NCBI GenBank assembly: GCA_964016885.1
Contig: OZ024743.1
Coordinates: 279,682,001-279,746,000, forward strand
DNA: 64,000 bases
Origin: Eledone cirrhosa
Taxonomy: Eukaryota
Reading direction: 5' to 3'
Shown: positions 27,326 to 41,445 of the stretch, piece by piece
How positions within the stretch are numbered: position 1 is the first letter of the stretch
How the letters are laid out: every line of letters begins with the position of its first letter
Notes under the pieces: generated by a model
Database searches by the model: none
Told to the model about the DNA's origin: nothing
Seen by the model: only the letters and a program-made list of their open reading frames with translations
Made by a program: the position numbers and the translations under genes

Positions 27326-28239
27326 TTCTAAACCATTCACGCGATTTCTTTGGAATTTTTTACAGAGCTTCTCCTTGCACAACACCTGTACATGATCTAC
27401 AAAGGTTTTCAAAATCGATATTGGGGCATTTGAAGACATTAAAACAGTTACGGTTATTTGTGTCAATTTTCGTGATTAATTAAGACAAGAGTTATCTTTC
27501 GTCAATACAATATGATCTCATTTTTGATGTTGTCAACAAATTTGTTTTGGGATTTTGATTATTACAATTCGGCTCATTCGAATTTTACTTTACTCTTTGT
27601 ACTTGAATCAAAAGGTTTTATTGTTGTCAAAAAAATGTATACCTAGACTGGATTTCGATTGTTACATCGGATAACTGATGACACCGAGCTCACATATTAA
27701 TTATTTCTCTGAAATAGTGCCTAAGGTTTTCATGTTTACATAAAGCACGTTCTTCTTCTATCTATTCAAATTTACTTTGTTTAGTTTAATGAGCTACATA
27801 GAAAGCTACTTGAAACGTCCAAAGGACGGGTACTTTTGCTAATATATAATATATATATATATATTTACACACACACAACAAATATAAATATATATATGTA
27901 TATATGTTTGCATGTATGTATTCGTACAATACTGTTTGTATGTGGGGGTAAAGATCCTTTTTCTTATATTATTTCCATTTAAATTTGATAAAATGCAGGC
28001 GTATTTGAAAACAAACAAGTCAGGATTACCGCTTTTTTCCTTTTATTGTTTAATAACATATATTGGCAGCTTTTCGGCCAAATAACTTCTTAACATCAAT
28101 CTGATCAATAACAAATATGCTAAAGTGACGTGTGGAATGTGAAGCTTGCAAAACAAACAATTTTACGGAAGATATACTATACAATTACATTTGTATGCAC
28201 ATGTTTGCGCATATGCATATTTTGTACGAATATGTATGT

Positions 28240-28288
<49 letters not shown>

Positions 28289-28436
28289 TTTTGAGTTTAT
28301 GTTGGTTGTATACCAACACCTCAATATACAGGCTGGAGCACTCGACGAAGTGCGCAGGTTGGTTTGGTTACTCCGGAAATATATATAGCAGTAATAAACG
28401 AAGCTAAATTTTAATCATTTGACTTTTATTTAACTT

Positions 28437-28489
<53 letters not shown>

Positions 28490-28566
28490 TTATTCCGAGT
28501 TGTATCGGAGGTAACCACAGTAAGTAAGGTACTCAATACATAGCAGAGTATACAATTTTAATATAG

Positions 28567-28790
<224 letters not shown>

Positions 28791-28950
28791 TATATAAATA
28801 AATATATATAGAGAGAGAATTAGTATATTTACCAACATATGCGTACAGATGTACACTAATGCTAGCAAATACATAAGTTATGTCATAGTACCTAGGTGGT
28901 TCTAGTAAGTAAGTTAATTTTTAATTTTTAAAATGTTCTTATTTTACGTC

Positions 28951-28987
<37 letters not shown>

Positions 28988-29129
28988 TATTTTATAAACA
29001 TTTATATATAATTACGTTTGTATATATGTGAATGTATTTATGTATGTTGGTATGTATATGTGTGTGGATGTTTTTCCGTGTATCTTGCTGTTTTTCGTCC
29101 TACGGTGGCGAAAACGGCGACGACTTTAA

Positions 29130-29860
29130 TATTGTGTGGAGGATTCTTCACTGTTGCTTCGGCCAATCTGCAAGGTGTTGCATGGATTTCCCATGTTCCT
29201 ATAAGCCTATAACCACTGTGAACTCAAGTCAGAGGTTATATACCTGCCTGCACATGAAAAGCCCTACCACGAACCACAGATCATACTGAAGGACCAAAAA
29301 TGACGAGATCTCCAGAGCTGCACCTATCTGGGAAGCACCCTTTCAAGAATGGCAAGCATGAACTTAGAAATCAGTCATAGAATTTCGAAAGCCAGTTCCG
29401 CATTTGAGAATCTCTGCGAGAATATATGGGTGTGGAGAGTACTCAACCTCACTTAGAAACTGGAAGTATACTGAAATGTGGTGTTCATCACACTTCACTA
29501 TGCTTTCGAGAACTGGGCTGTATACAGAATACATGATGACAGCGAAATCATTTCCATTTAAGGTGCTTTCGCAGACGTCTACACATGCAAAAGGAAGAAA
29601 AAGTCCCTGACTCGGAGGTTCTGCATATAACACGCACAAAGGATGGTGAGCTTGATTCTCGGCGTCGAAATTTGTATTTGAGCAAAGCACTTTATCTCAT
29701 GCAGCTCCTGTTCACACAGGTAGAAAAATTGATTTTTTCTTATAGAGTAGCTTCGTCACATACGCTCTTTCACGTTATCTGCGTGGGAACTACGGTAAGG
29801 ATATCTATATTTGTGAAATATTAAGCAGAATTCTCGTTCATTTTATGAGTAGGCTGTTCT
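29130..29860 (-). mobile_element. Possible highly decayed LINE (RTE-like) fragment
   Basis: Higher-complexity island; weak resemblance of IMYSVYSPVL...HHI to the RTE C-terminal region; no clean motif. Confidence 0.3.
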
Positions 29861-30091
29861 GTAGATATCGGTGCACAGAAATCCAGCAAGCGTTGTCATT
29901 CATGTATATCGTAGCTTTATTTTCTCGTCCATCAACCATGATTTAACAATAATACAAATAATAAATTTACAAGTGTACGTTTTCATACATACATTCCTAT
30001 ATATGGTCTCTCTTTCCCCCTTTCTTTCCTGCTATTTATTGTCCTGTCATTCTTTCACCTCTCTCCTCTCTCTCTCTACATATATATGTAA

Positions 30092-30253
<162 letters not shown>

Positions 30254-30769
30254 TGTGTATCTTACTCTGTGAATTTGTAAAGCTCTCCTTAATCGACTGT
30301 CGCCAAATTTAGCGTTGTTGAAGTCTTCACTGCATGGGACTTACGGCAATCCGTCCTTCCTAAGTTAACAGATCATGGCATCAAAGATTTTATTTCCTTT
30401 TAATAAAAAAGAGCCTGCGGTATTTCTGGTAAATCATCCAAAACCACCAGCACTCGATTTCTATGCCGCCCAAAGCAGCTATTTCAAACTACTGTACTTG
30501 ACGAGACCACATAGATACAGATAGAAATATATTCTCTCATACACACATACTATCACACTCATATATCCATATGGACAATTAACTGTATATATATATATAT
30601 ATCATAAAATATTTACATACGTATTTATGTATATGGACATGCGTTTGTATTAATGTATCCATTTATGTATATTTACGTACTTGCAGAGATACATACACAC
30701 GTACGTACATGCACACATATTTAGATATATAATTGCGTACATGCATACTTTACATACATATGTACATAC

Positions 30770-30800
<31 letters not shown>

Positions 30801-30937
30801 CATACATACATACATAAATGCGTGCCTCTATAAGTTTTTTATGTGTAAGTATGTATTAGTGTAGTGACAATGAATATAGCAAGTAAAGGGGAGCAATTAT
30901 GATAATGGGGTACAAAATGGAAACAGCAGCACCAATA

Positions 30938-31046
30938 GAAGAAGAAGAAGAAGAAGAAGAAGAAGAAGAAGAAGAAGAAGAAGAAGAAGAAGAAGAAGAA
31001 GAAGAAGAAGAAGAAGAAGAAGAAGAAGAAGAAGAAGAAGAAGAAG
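30938..31046. repeat. (GAA)n trinucleotide microsatellite
   Basis: About 36 perfect GAA units. Confidence 0.98.
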
Positions 31047-31498
31047 ATTATCCCGTTGATAATAAAGCCATAACCACGAAAGGCAGAGGATAAAACAAAG
31101 CACGGAATGACAAAAACATTACTGCAACGATGATACCGATAACAACAGGAGATTACCGAAGTCTACAGACAGCAATGTTCTTGTCAGTCATGTGGTCACG
31201 GAAAGGAAGCTAGGTGTAAAAAGAAGGAAAAATTGTTAAAATATATATAATATAACAAAATAGTTTCTGAACAGTCATGAAATAAATCCAACAAGGACAG
31301 TCCAAACCTTTGTCCGTTCTTAATAATTCCCCGAAGGACATTCGTTTGAATGCATGTAATTAAAGGAGCTAAACGAAACCACGTGAGGTAAATCTCGTTA
31401 CTAATTATAACGATAATTTCTTATACTGTCTCTCATAAACATTCGACACTCTTCCCGTTTAGACGAAGTAAAGACGAAAAATGCATTAAAAGAACAAA

Positions 31499-31890
31499 GG
31501 CAGAATCGGTAGAGCGTCGGACGCCATGCTTTGCAGCATAGAGTTATGACCCTTTATGATCTGAGTTCAAATCCCGCCGAGGTCAACTTTGCCTTTCATC
31601 CTGACGGGGTCGATAAAATAAACTCCCATTCACACACTGGGGTCGATTTAATCAACTTTTCCCTCCCCCAAAATCCATGGGCTTAAGAAACCATTAAGAG
31701 GGTCGGACGCCATGCTTTGCAGCAAAGAGTTACGTCCCTTTATTGTCTGAGTTCAAATCCCGTCGAACTTAACTTTGCCTTTCATCCTTACGGGGTCGAT
31801 AAAATAAAGCATCAGTAACGTACTGGCATCGATTTAATTGTCATTCCACTCCCCCCAAATTACTGGCCTTGTGCCTATACTAGAAATAAT
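31499..31890 (+). mobile_element. Two adjacent SINE copies of a longer-tailed subfamily
   Basis: Family head and Nin-like block, plus an extra TCGATTTAAT...CCC segment before the 3' end. Confidence 0.85.
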
Positions 31891-32245
31891 ATACATACTA
31901 GGGTTACCCTTAATTAGATACCCGATATGCTGCTTGTTTGTTTTCCTTAAACAAGTGCGAATTTAGAGTAGCCAAAGGAATGTACTGACGGACAATAGGT
32001 ATATTTACCCCTTGAACACTTGACCAACGATGTTATTTATTGTGTTAATGTCCCAAAGAACAACTGCGTGATAAAACTAACTTATGTTAATCAATGAAAA
32101 TCTCTTCAGCTGTGAGTAAGTTTAATGTTTTGGTCTCTCAAGTATTTTCTATTTGATGTTGATATTAGTGACATGCACTTCTAGATGCCGTATATAATTT
32201 GAAAATATAATTTTGTCCAATTTTTATTATTATTATTTAAATATG

Positions 32246-32430
32246 GTGCATTTGCAGTATCAGTAGAGCGTCGGACAACATGCTTAACAGCATAGAGTTA
32301 CAGCCCTTTACCGTCTCGGTTCAAACCCCACCGGGGTTAGGTTTACCTTTCATCCTTACGAGGTCGATAAATAAAGCACCAGTAATGCATTGGTGTCGAT
32401 TTAATCGACTTTCCCCTCTCCTTCAAAATT
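32246..32430 (+). mobile_element. Diverged SINE copy
   Basis: GCAGTATCAGTAGAGCGTCGGAC...GGTTCAAACCC...CCTTTCATCCTTACGAGGTCGATAAA. Confidence 0.8.
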
Positions 32431-32854
32431 TTGTTGACCAGTGTGCTATCTCTTGTAACTATGGGGGGGGGGGGGGCAATATGGACCTGAAATAACTAAA
32501 AGAGTGGTCATTTTTAAACTCAGGGTTCCTAAATTACTCAAGAACGGTGTCTCAAACTTAGGTCAGCAGACAAAAAAAGCAAAATTTGTTGCCCAGTGTT
32601 ATTATACATGACTTAAGGTTCATAGAAAAATGGTGTGTAAACCAGATGTGTAGTGGAGTAGCTGCTTTATTATTGGAAGATAGGGTTCAGAGTCGTAAGT
32701 AGCATTAACTTTGAATCAGGTAGCTGTGGAAGCATCTTTTAATAATGAGCCTCTATATCCAATATTTCTTTGTTAGATGAAAGATCGAACAACCTCCTAC
32801 AAACGTTTTGGATTATTTGTTTTACTACGTGTGATAGATGACGGCATTAATCTG

Positions 32855-33037
32855 TGGATTGGCAGTATCGGTAGAGGGTCGGACGCCATGCTTTCCAGCA
32901 TAGTTACGTCCCTTTATGATCTGAGTTCAAATCCCGCCGAGGTTGACTTTGCCTTTCATCCTTACGGGGTCGATAAAATAAAGTACCAGTAATGCACTGG
33001 GTAATTGGTGGCCTTGTGCCTAAAGTAGAAACAATTA
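32855..33037 (+). mobile_element. SINE copy, young
   Basis: Near-identical to the reverse complement of 232-415. Confidence 0.92.
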
Positions 33038-33427
33038 ATCTATAATAGCTTTTCATTCGGTTTATATAAGGTTTAGGTGTTTACCTTTAATTAAATTTGG
33101 CTATGAAGTCTTAGATAAATACGATATTAAATTGGTATTTCACAGTTATAAACATTCAAAGATACTAATAAGGTCTTTTTTTACGGTGTTTAGTGCATAC
33201 CAAGTAGGTTATCGTGTTCCGACCAGCCTATCATTTCTATATAAAAGAGTATGAGTATTTAGTTGGCTGCAACACTGTAAATCTGGTAGTTTGAATGACT
33301 ACTTTAAGGCTACACTACAACGGTAACAACTTGATTATACACAACTGCTTCTCCCATATAATTAGCTCTCCTTCTATACAATTAAGCAAGTAGGTATTCA
33401 TGTATAGTAATATATCTATATAATTAT

Positions 33428-33549
33428 ATAGGAAAAGTTTCAGGACCACGACGGCAGAGCTGAAGCCGTTTCGACGGCTATTTCTGAGTCCAGAAATAGC
33501 CATGGAAACGGCTTGAGCTCTGCCATCGGGGTCCTGAACCTTTTCCTAT
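33428..33549. repeat. Palindrome made of the 3' half of a hammerhead (related to 48242-48369 and 42091-42116)
   Basis: GAAA-CGGC-ttgagctct-GCCA-TC-GGGGTC mirrored around AGTC. Confidence 0.8.
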
Positions 33550-34583
33550 TACCCACTCTACTACCGAAAGTATCGAGTTCGCTGGTGCATATGATCCACC
33601 TGGTTCCTTATCACACTTCCTTCATTATATAATTATATATATATATAGATAAACAGAAGAAAAATTCATTTAATATATAAATTATTGTTAATAATGAAAA
33701 GAATAATTAAAACCGAGTTTCTTACACCATCGTTATTTACAATATCACGGAACAGGTTTCCGATACGAATATGTCTCTGATTATTAGAATACACTTAGTT
33801 GTATAGAGAAACCTTATCGTTAAACTTGGGTTTACGGCAGTATAACATTTCAAATGGAGTTGATTTTATGCGCGTGTTATGTATGTATACAGAGAGAGAG
33901 AGAGAGAGACGAAAAATGAAAGAGCGTGAGTGTGCATTATATGCATATAATACACATATATGTGTAACTATACGGATATGTGTGTTTATGTGCGTATATG
34001 GATGTGTATATTTGTGTGTTTCACTATTCTTCAGATAACTGTTTAGCCGTTCAATTTTTTTTATCCAAATCTCTCTTACGACACTGAAAATATACATATA
34101 CAAATAATCAACAACTTACTAAGACCTATACGTAGATATAAAAATATAAGATACATTAATGCATTCTTCGGCAACTTAGACAAAGTAACTTCCGATTATA
34201 ATTGCAGACCTATTTTACACCGTAACGTAGATCATGAAAAAATAAAATGGATTCTATAATTGTCTACTATAGTAAAATATTTTATCGAACGTGTCGAGTC
34301 TTGAGTCTAATTGGCTTTAATGTATTTATCAACTGAAAGGAAATATCATATACTTGAATTCGTCTTACTTCTAGCTATTTTAAATGAATGTCCAGACATT
34401 ACATATTAGATTCAGGATTGAATTATATGTTGATTTTTTTTTTTTTACCGATAACCAAATTAATTAAATTACTGGTTTTCAAGGTTTTTAGTACGTTGCT
34501 CTATGCACTTAACCTTCATTTTATTACAGTCCACCAACGAGGAATCAATAAAAGAAAAGAAAATCTCTTAAATCACTTATCAC

Positions 34584-34640
<57 letters not shown>

Positions 34641-34667
34641 TATATATAAAAAGTGATTATATGTTAA

Positions 34668-34710
<43 letters not shown>

Positions 34711-34878
34711 AAGTGTAGGTATGTAAATATATATCGATATGTATGTGTCGAGTGTGTATGGGAGGGTGTGGTGATTTCTAAAAAAACTGTTATTGGTTTC
34801 AATCATTAAATTATAAACACCTAACAGACTTATATATACCTATGTATATCTCCCCATACATACATATATTTATATAAA

Positions 34879-34942
<64 letters not shown>

Positions 34943-35630
34943 CAAGGTCTAGCAAATAGAGAAAAAGTTTTAAAATAAATTTTAAAAAATTCGCAGTACT
35001 TACTATATGTGCCTTTACCGCGGTTTCATGCTCCAGAATAAACGGAAAATCCAAGCGGATTTCCATTGAGAAGGGAGCAATCTTCAGAAGGCTCTTCTCC
35101 CTCGGATAATATATAATTCCCGAGTTCAAATCACAAACTGCGGCCATACAAAACCATTCCCAAAATGAGAGCAAATGATGAATGAAAGAAATAATTCTGT
35201 CTGGTGCCGTGTGCAAAGACAAAAGTCAGGGTGGACAGGTCAATGGTCTGCCACTAGAAATAGCAGCAGTCCGAACGGCCAACATTTTATCTCTACCTTA
35301 GGGGAAGATCAATAATAATAAAGTATGAATTCCTACGTTTCAAAAATACATATAGGGGAACAAGTATTATCCAACCGTATGCCAATGTTATTCTATGGCG
35401 GGTTAATAAATTAACAAGCCAGAACATATAATATCAAGGTCTAGCAAATAGAGAAAAGGTTTTTAAATAAATTTTAAAAAATTCGCAGTACTTTTCCTCT
35501 ATTTGCTAGACCTTGATTTTATATGTTCTAGCTTGTTAATTTATTAACCCGCCATAGAACCACATTGGCATACGGTTGAATAATACTTGTTCCCCTATAT
35601 GTATTTTTTACACGTAGGAATTCATACTTT
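34943..35630. repeat. (TA)n-flanked element with direct and inverted internal duplications
   Basis: 34943-35001 repeated at 35434-35492; 35317-35455 is the reverse complement of 35494-35630. Confidence 0.82.
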
Positions 35631-35637
35631 ATATATA

Positions 35638-35806
<169 letters not shown>

Positions 35807-35814
35807 TTATATAT

Positions 35815-35845
<31 letters not shown>

Positions 35846-35850
35846 GACAT

Positions 35851-36169
35851 ATATCACATAAGAAACGGAGAATCAGTGGTGCGACGAATAAAATTTATTA
35901 GACATATTACAATCGTTTCTCTTGCGACCAACTCGGGGCCCGATCGATGCAATGATCAAACCTGACTCTGAAATCGTAAGATCCTCAGATATATCTCGAT
36001 TCTACGAAGCAGAGTTTCCAAATTTGGAAACTCTTTGTAATATGCCTAATAAATCTTATTCGTCGCACCACTGATTCTCCGTTTCTTATGTGATATTATA
36101 CTCTGCTATGTAAGAGCATCGAGTGCTCAAACGACATACCGCTTACGGACATTTTAGGCATCCCACACC

Positions 36170-36170
<1 letters not shown>
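35851..36170 (+). repeat. (TA)n-flanked fold-back element with a pLTR-like tail
   Basis: 35851-35912 is the reverse complement of 36036-36096; tail TATACTCTGCTATGTA shared with 28488-28566 (-). Confidence 0.78.
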
Positions 36171-36217
<47 letters not shown>

Positions 36218-36719
36218 ATAATAATAATGTATATATATATATATATATACATACAGTGGGTAAAAAAATGTATTTACAGTTTGATTACCTGTGCAGGCAA
36301 TAATTATTAGAATGCTGTTGAAGTGTTGAACTGTGTATATTTTATGTGGGGGGGGGAGGGGGTAAGAGGGGACACACTGTATATATGTATATATATACAC
36401 ACACACAAACTAAGATTACTCATTCTATATGCTTGTTTTCGTCTAGCTGGCCCGTCCACAGATTTGATGTGATTTATATCGTGTTAAAACTGGTCTGAGG
36501 ATCAGGCAGACTTGGAGTCTGGTCTGGGATGACTCGCTGATCCCGAGCCCGCTGCCAGGGTAACATTTATAACCGGGTTGAGCAATGATTCTCATATGTA
36601 GCACCTCATACATAGATATTTATATACATGGATACATACATACATTATTACAGACACATGTAGGTGCACATATATACGCATATAAAAATTGTACATTAAC
36701 ATGTCCACAAATGAAAGAA

Positions 36720-37192
36720 AGATATACATATATATATATATACAGAAATATAACTATAAAACTTGATAAAAAAAAGACAATTCACTTAGCAGAATAGGTA
36801 CATCATTTCACATGTAAAATACTTATACACCACTACAAATGTACAGTTACAACAAAGATAATACGTCATTAATGTGGATATAAGTTGTAACGATGAAAGA
36901 ATGGTATTTAACTAATGCATTGGTACGCGATGAGGCCCACCCACAGCCCCGGCGCACAGAATGGGGAAGGCGTTTTCCCGGAGGAAGGCAAGGGAGACGC
37001 GCTGGAAAAGCCACTCCAACTCGCGGGGCTCACACCTGCGTCTGGCCAGCTCATCGCCTATGGTGTTGAGTAAGGAGGTAGTTCTGGGGCCGAGGACACC
37101 AGAAGCTTCCACTGCCAGGGGAACGACCGCAAACCTGTCGGAGACCGACCGGTATTTGAGGAGTTTGGCCCCCTCAGCCCGACGTGCAGCAG
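36720..37192 (-). mobile_element. CRE-clade non-LTR retrotransposon 3' fragment (restriction-like endonuclease C-terminus and 3' UTR)
   Basis: AEGAKLLKY...FAVVPLAVEASGVLG...LFQRVSLAFLRENA matches the CRE pattern K..KY / F.P...E..G..G / QR.S.A..RGNA; 3' boundary approximate. Confidence 0.78.
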
Positions 37193-37206
37193 AATATATA
37201 TATAGA

Positions 37207-39602
37207 CATATATATAGACATAAAATATATAAGATATACATTAACATCTAAAATAACATTCCAGCATCACTTGCATGATCATCGATCAAGCATAGAGTAG
37301 ACAACAGATATCAATATTAAAATTAAAAACGCCAAGAATATCTTCGTCACTCCACAGAGTATCTAGGGACGCAAGAGAACATAGTATGCCACGCATATCG
37401 GTCACATAGAATCAGAATTAAAAGCAAACAAAACCAAAATTGTTCACCAAGCCTTATTTAGCAGAAATCATTCAAAACTTATTCTACAAATGCTCTTATA
37501 TTTATTATAGATGTTTATCCAGCTTAAAAAAATTATTCAAAAGATTGGGAACAAAGCCAATTTTAGGGTAGTTTATTTAATCTCATTAATTATATATTCA
37601 TGCAGAAAGGTTTTTAATTGAGTGGTTTAATGAAATTAAATATAACAATAATAATAAATTTATTCAACTAGATATTGCTAACTACTATTCATCCATTACC
37701 CCTAATCTACTTAATAAGGCACTAAATTACGTATTCAAGCATACAGACCTAACTAGCAATGAAATGCACATTATATTATCGGCAAGGAAAAATTTGATAG
37801 AATTTAATAACCAACTATGGACTAGGGCAGATAGAGATAATAATTTTGACATTACTATGGGATCATCAGACTCAGCTCAGGTAACGGACCTTGTGGGCCT
37901 ATTTATAATTAATTCGCTGCATAGGAAAATACGCGGTGTTACCGGAGGTTTATATAGAGATGACATGCTTTTACTTATTGAAAATAATAACTCTGAACTA
38001 AATAAGAAAAGAAAACAAATTATACAATTTTTTAATTACCTTAATCTAAAAATAGAAATTGAGAATAACCATAGAATAGTCAATTTCCTAGACGTAACAT
38101 TTAATCTCAACACATGTCTTCACTATCCATTTCACAAGTTAAATGAAAACTTGAATTATGTCAATTTTAGCTCCAATCACCCCAGATCTGTCAAAAATAC
38201 TATAGTGAACTCTGTTCAAAATCGTATCTCTAGAATCTCTTCCAATAAAAATATTTTTGACGAAAAAGCCCAGTATTATAATGAAGCTTTAGCTAGAGCA
38301 GGATATAGGGATAAAATTATGTACATCGATAATAGACAAACTAACCAAAATAACAACAATTTTAATTACAGTAACAACTTTAACAACTATAATAGAAAGC
38401 ACTACAATAATTTCAAAAACCAGAAAAGAAATAGAACTAGAAATATAATATGGTTTGCCCCCCCCCCCCCCCTTTCTCACTAAACATTAAAACCCACATC
38501 GCTAAACTATTTTTTAATGCTCTTGACAAACGTTTCCCTAGAACACATAAGTATCACTCAATTTTTAATAGACATACTATAAAATTAACGTACTCGTCCA
38601 CCAAAAATTTAGCACAAAATATTAATAGAATAAATAATAGGAATCTAAAACCTAGCCAAAATACCGAAAATAGCCTAAACAATATTCAACTAAAAAACTG
38701 TAACTGTAGAGATAGATCTAAATGTCCGCTAAATAACAATTGCTTAGTTAAAAATATAATATACAACTGTAATGTTAGAACTGATTTAAATTCTTTTAAT
38801 TGTGTTGGTTCCACCTCGACAGAATTTAAACTTCGCTATAATAATCACAAAAATTCTTTCACGGATCCAAATAAAAAATCCTCAACATCTGGCAACTTAA
38901 GCATGATAAAGTTGGATATTCGATGGTTTGGAATATAGTCTCAAAAGGGATTCCTTTTAATTCCTCTTCTGAGACATGTGACCTCTGCGCGGAGGAGATA
39001 TTCTTTATACTAAAATCTAAAAATTCCCTTAATTTACGAACCAATTTATTCAGCTGTTGCAGACATAGATTGAACTCAACATTTAAATATAAATATAAAT
39101 TTAAAATGTAGTATAAAATGTAGTATATTTACTTAAGGTATTTGACTATTTATGAAACTTGGGGATAAATCTTTGGATTCTTTCAATTTTTTTAAAAACC
39201 TTTCTGCATGAATATATAATTAATGAGATTAAATAAACTACCCTAAAATTGGCGTTGTTCCCAATCTTTTGAATAAATTTTTTAAGCTGGATAAACTTCT
39301 ATAATAAATATAAGAGCATTTGTAGAATAAGTTTTGAATGATTTCTGCTAAATAAGGCTTGGTGAACAATTTTGGTTTTGTTTGCTTTTAATTCTGATTC
39401 TATGTGACCGATATGCGTGGCATACTATGTTCTCATGCGTCCCTAGATACTCTATGGAGTGACGAAGATATTCTTGGCGTTTTTAATTTTAATATTGATA
39501 TCTGTTGTCTACTCTATGCTTGATCGATGATCATGTAAGTGAGGCTGGAATGTTATTTTAGATGTTAATGTATATCTTATATATTTTATGTCTATATATA
39601 TG
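37207..39602 (+). mobile_element. Penelope-like element (Naiad-type), 5'-truncated, with an inverted copy of its 3' region at the 5' end
   Basis: 37207-37617 is the reverse complement of 39192-39602 (about 410 bp); RT and GIY-YIG lie between. Confidence 0.93.
37618..39111 (+). pseudogene. PLE reverse transcriptase plus GIY-YIG endonuclease, frameshifted
   Basis: FIQLDIANYYSSI, FDITMGSSDSA, GLYRDD, VNFLDVTF, SNHP, IIWFAPP, CNCRDRSKCPL, IIY...VGST, CDLC..E, CRH; frameshifts at the poly-C run near 38460 and near 38890. Confidence 0.92.
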
Positions 39603-40324
39603 TATATATGTATGTAAATGTATGTAGGGTGGAATCTTTTGTAACGCATTGAAGTTTTTCATGAAATATAAGAATCGGTGCAGCGTATCACGTAGGTTCA
39701 CATGTGCGTCTATATTTATCAACTTGAATTTGAGATAGCCTTCTCTTTTCTCTTTTTTTTCACGAGAATGCATATATACTTATGTTTGAAGTTTTATCTC
39801 AGATTTTGCTTATAGACCTAAGAATGTTTAAACTGAGCATGTGGTCATTTTTTCAAACATTATGGATATGTGTCTCATTCATGAATACTGATATTTACAT
39901 TATAATACCTAATTCATAAAAATTGATAATTCAGATGGATGAGACATAATATATTTCTAATATATTTTAAATATATCATCTTTCTTTCTTTTTCTCCTAT
40001 ACACTAGTTTAACTGTATCCCTTCCCTTAACCTCTCACATATACGATGATCATCTGTCCAAAAACAGCCTACTATGTTTTTTCACCTTCTCAATGTATTT
40101 CTCTCTCCCATATCTCCTTGTCTCTCTATCTCGCTCCGTTGTTTTTCTTTACATACATCTTTTCATCTTCTTCTTTTTTTTATTTACATACATCTCTTCA
40201 TCTTCTTCTTCTCATCTTCGTTTTTCTTTCTATATAACTGTCATAACAGTTTCACTACCAAATCAACTTTTTAAATGGAAGTTGCATTATTACAAGGTAT
40301 GTCACTAATTATTTATAAAACAGC

Positions 40325-40512
40325 TTATGTATTGTATTTTGTCTGAGGAAGGCATACCATATTTTTAATATGATATCCCAGAAATATATATAACGAAATA
40401 AATATGGTTTTATAAATATAGTTTCCATTTGTTTAATATCGTAAACCTACTCCAGAAACTGTTGAGTGCTTTTATATCAGTTATAAAATATTTACTCGTT
40501 GTAACCCAACAA
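40325..40512 (+). repeat. pLTR-like repeat with hammerhead core; other copies 9730-9800 (-), 44818-45030 (-), 45075-45222 (+)
   Basis: Shared AAATAAATATGGTTTTATAAATAT.GTTTCCATTT block; CTGAGGA/CTGATGA...GAAA upstream. Confidence 0.78.
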
Positions 40513-40559
40513 TCTTAAATAAAACTTTTGCATATATATATATATATATATTAAAGTTA

Positions 40560-41310
40560 TATATATAGAATTAGAAACTCAAAGGTAATCACTTACAATT
40601 AAATAGCTCAAGGAAATCATTTTTCCGGGCCGTATAATATAATTGAATATAAAAAGGAGATAAACACAGATATATACATATATGTCTTCAAATCGTAAGG
40701 GACCAGATTCGCTAGGGTGAAAAAAATACTAACTATGAACAATAGGGTTTGTCAGACTGAATTTAAAAGAATAAATTAAGAAAAACATATACAAACCGCA
40801 ATTGCGATGACTTTCAGACACCCAGACAGCTTTTTGTAATGCTGTTTCGCAATTTAGTGACAGGGATTTACCATTTCTATAGCTCTTCAGTGGGTGTGGA
40901 AATTAGTAAACCCTCCACTTCTAAGTATCTCAGAAGACCGAATGGTTTGCGTATATAAAATAACGCACATGGCATCCAGTGCCCAGCGTCTCTCGCAAAA
41001 CATATGCTACTAACAATAGCACCCAAATTTACTCGACATTTATATTTACTCTTCAGATTCAAGGTTCCGAATATATCAACGGTATATATTGAGTTAGAAA
41101 TTCAAAATAGTCTCTTACAATTAAATAGCTCAAGAAAAGAAATTTTTCCGGGCCGTATAATATAATTGAATATAAAAGAGAGATAAACACATATATATAC
41201 ATATATGTGTTCAAATCGTTACGGTCCAGATTCGCATTCGTATGTCCCTTACGATTTGAAAACATATATGTATATATCAGTGTTTATCTCTCTTTTATAT
41301 TCAATTATAT
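40560..41310. repeat. Element with direct repeat plus terminal fold-back
   Basis: About 40560-40700 repeated at about 41085-41225; about 41162-41220 is the reverse complement of about 41250-41310. Confidence 0.75.
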
Positions 41311-41317
41311 ACATATA

Positions 41318-41356
<39 letters not shown>

Positions 41357-41370
41357 GTGTGTGTGTGCGA

Positions 41371-41421
<51 letters not shown>

Positions 41422-41445
41422 TGTGTGTGTGTGTGTGTGTGTGTA

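Larger units (their letters stand above)
24248..27842 (+). mobile_element. Non-autonomous Helitron (about 590 bp) split by a hAT insertion
   Basis: 5' A|TCTGTATATATATAAAG; 3' hairpin CGTCC-AAA-GGACG then CTAA|T (CTRR); A/T target, no TSD. Confidence 0.65.

Noticed and set aside
30897-31103. Poly-Glu / poly-Leu ORFs
   Set aside because: Pure (GAA)n microsatellite with no supporting exon context.
36255-36300. Tc1-like TIR start (TA|CAGTGGGTAAAAAAA)
   Set aside because: No second end or transposase; too short to support.
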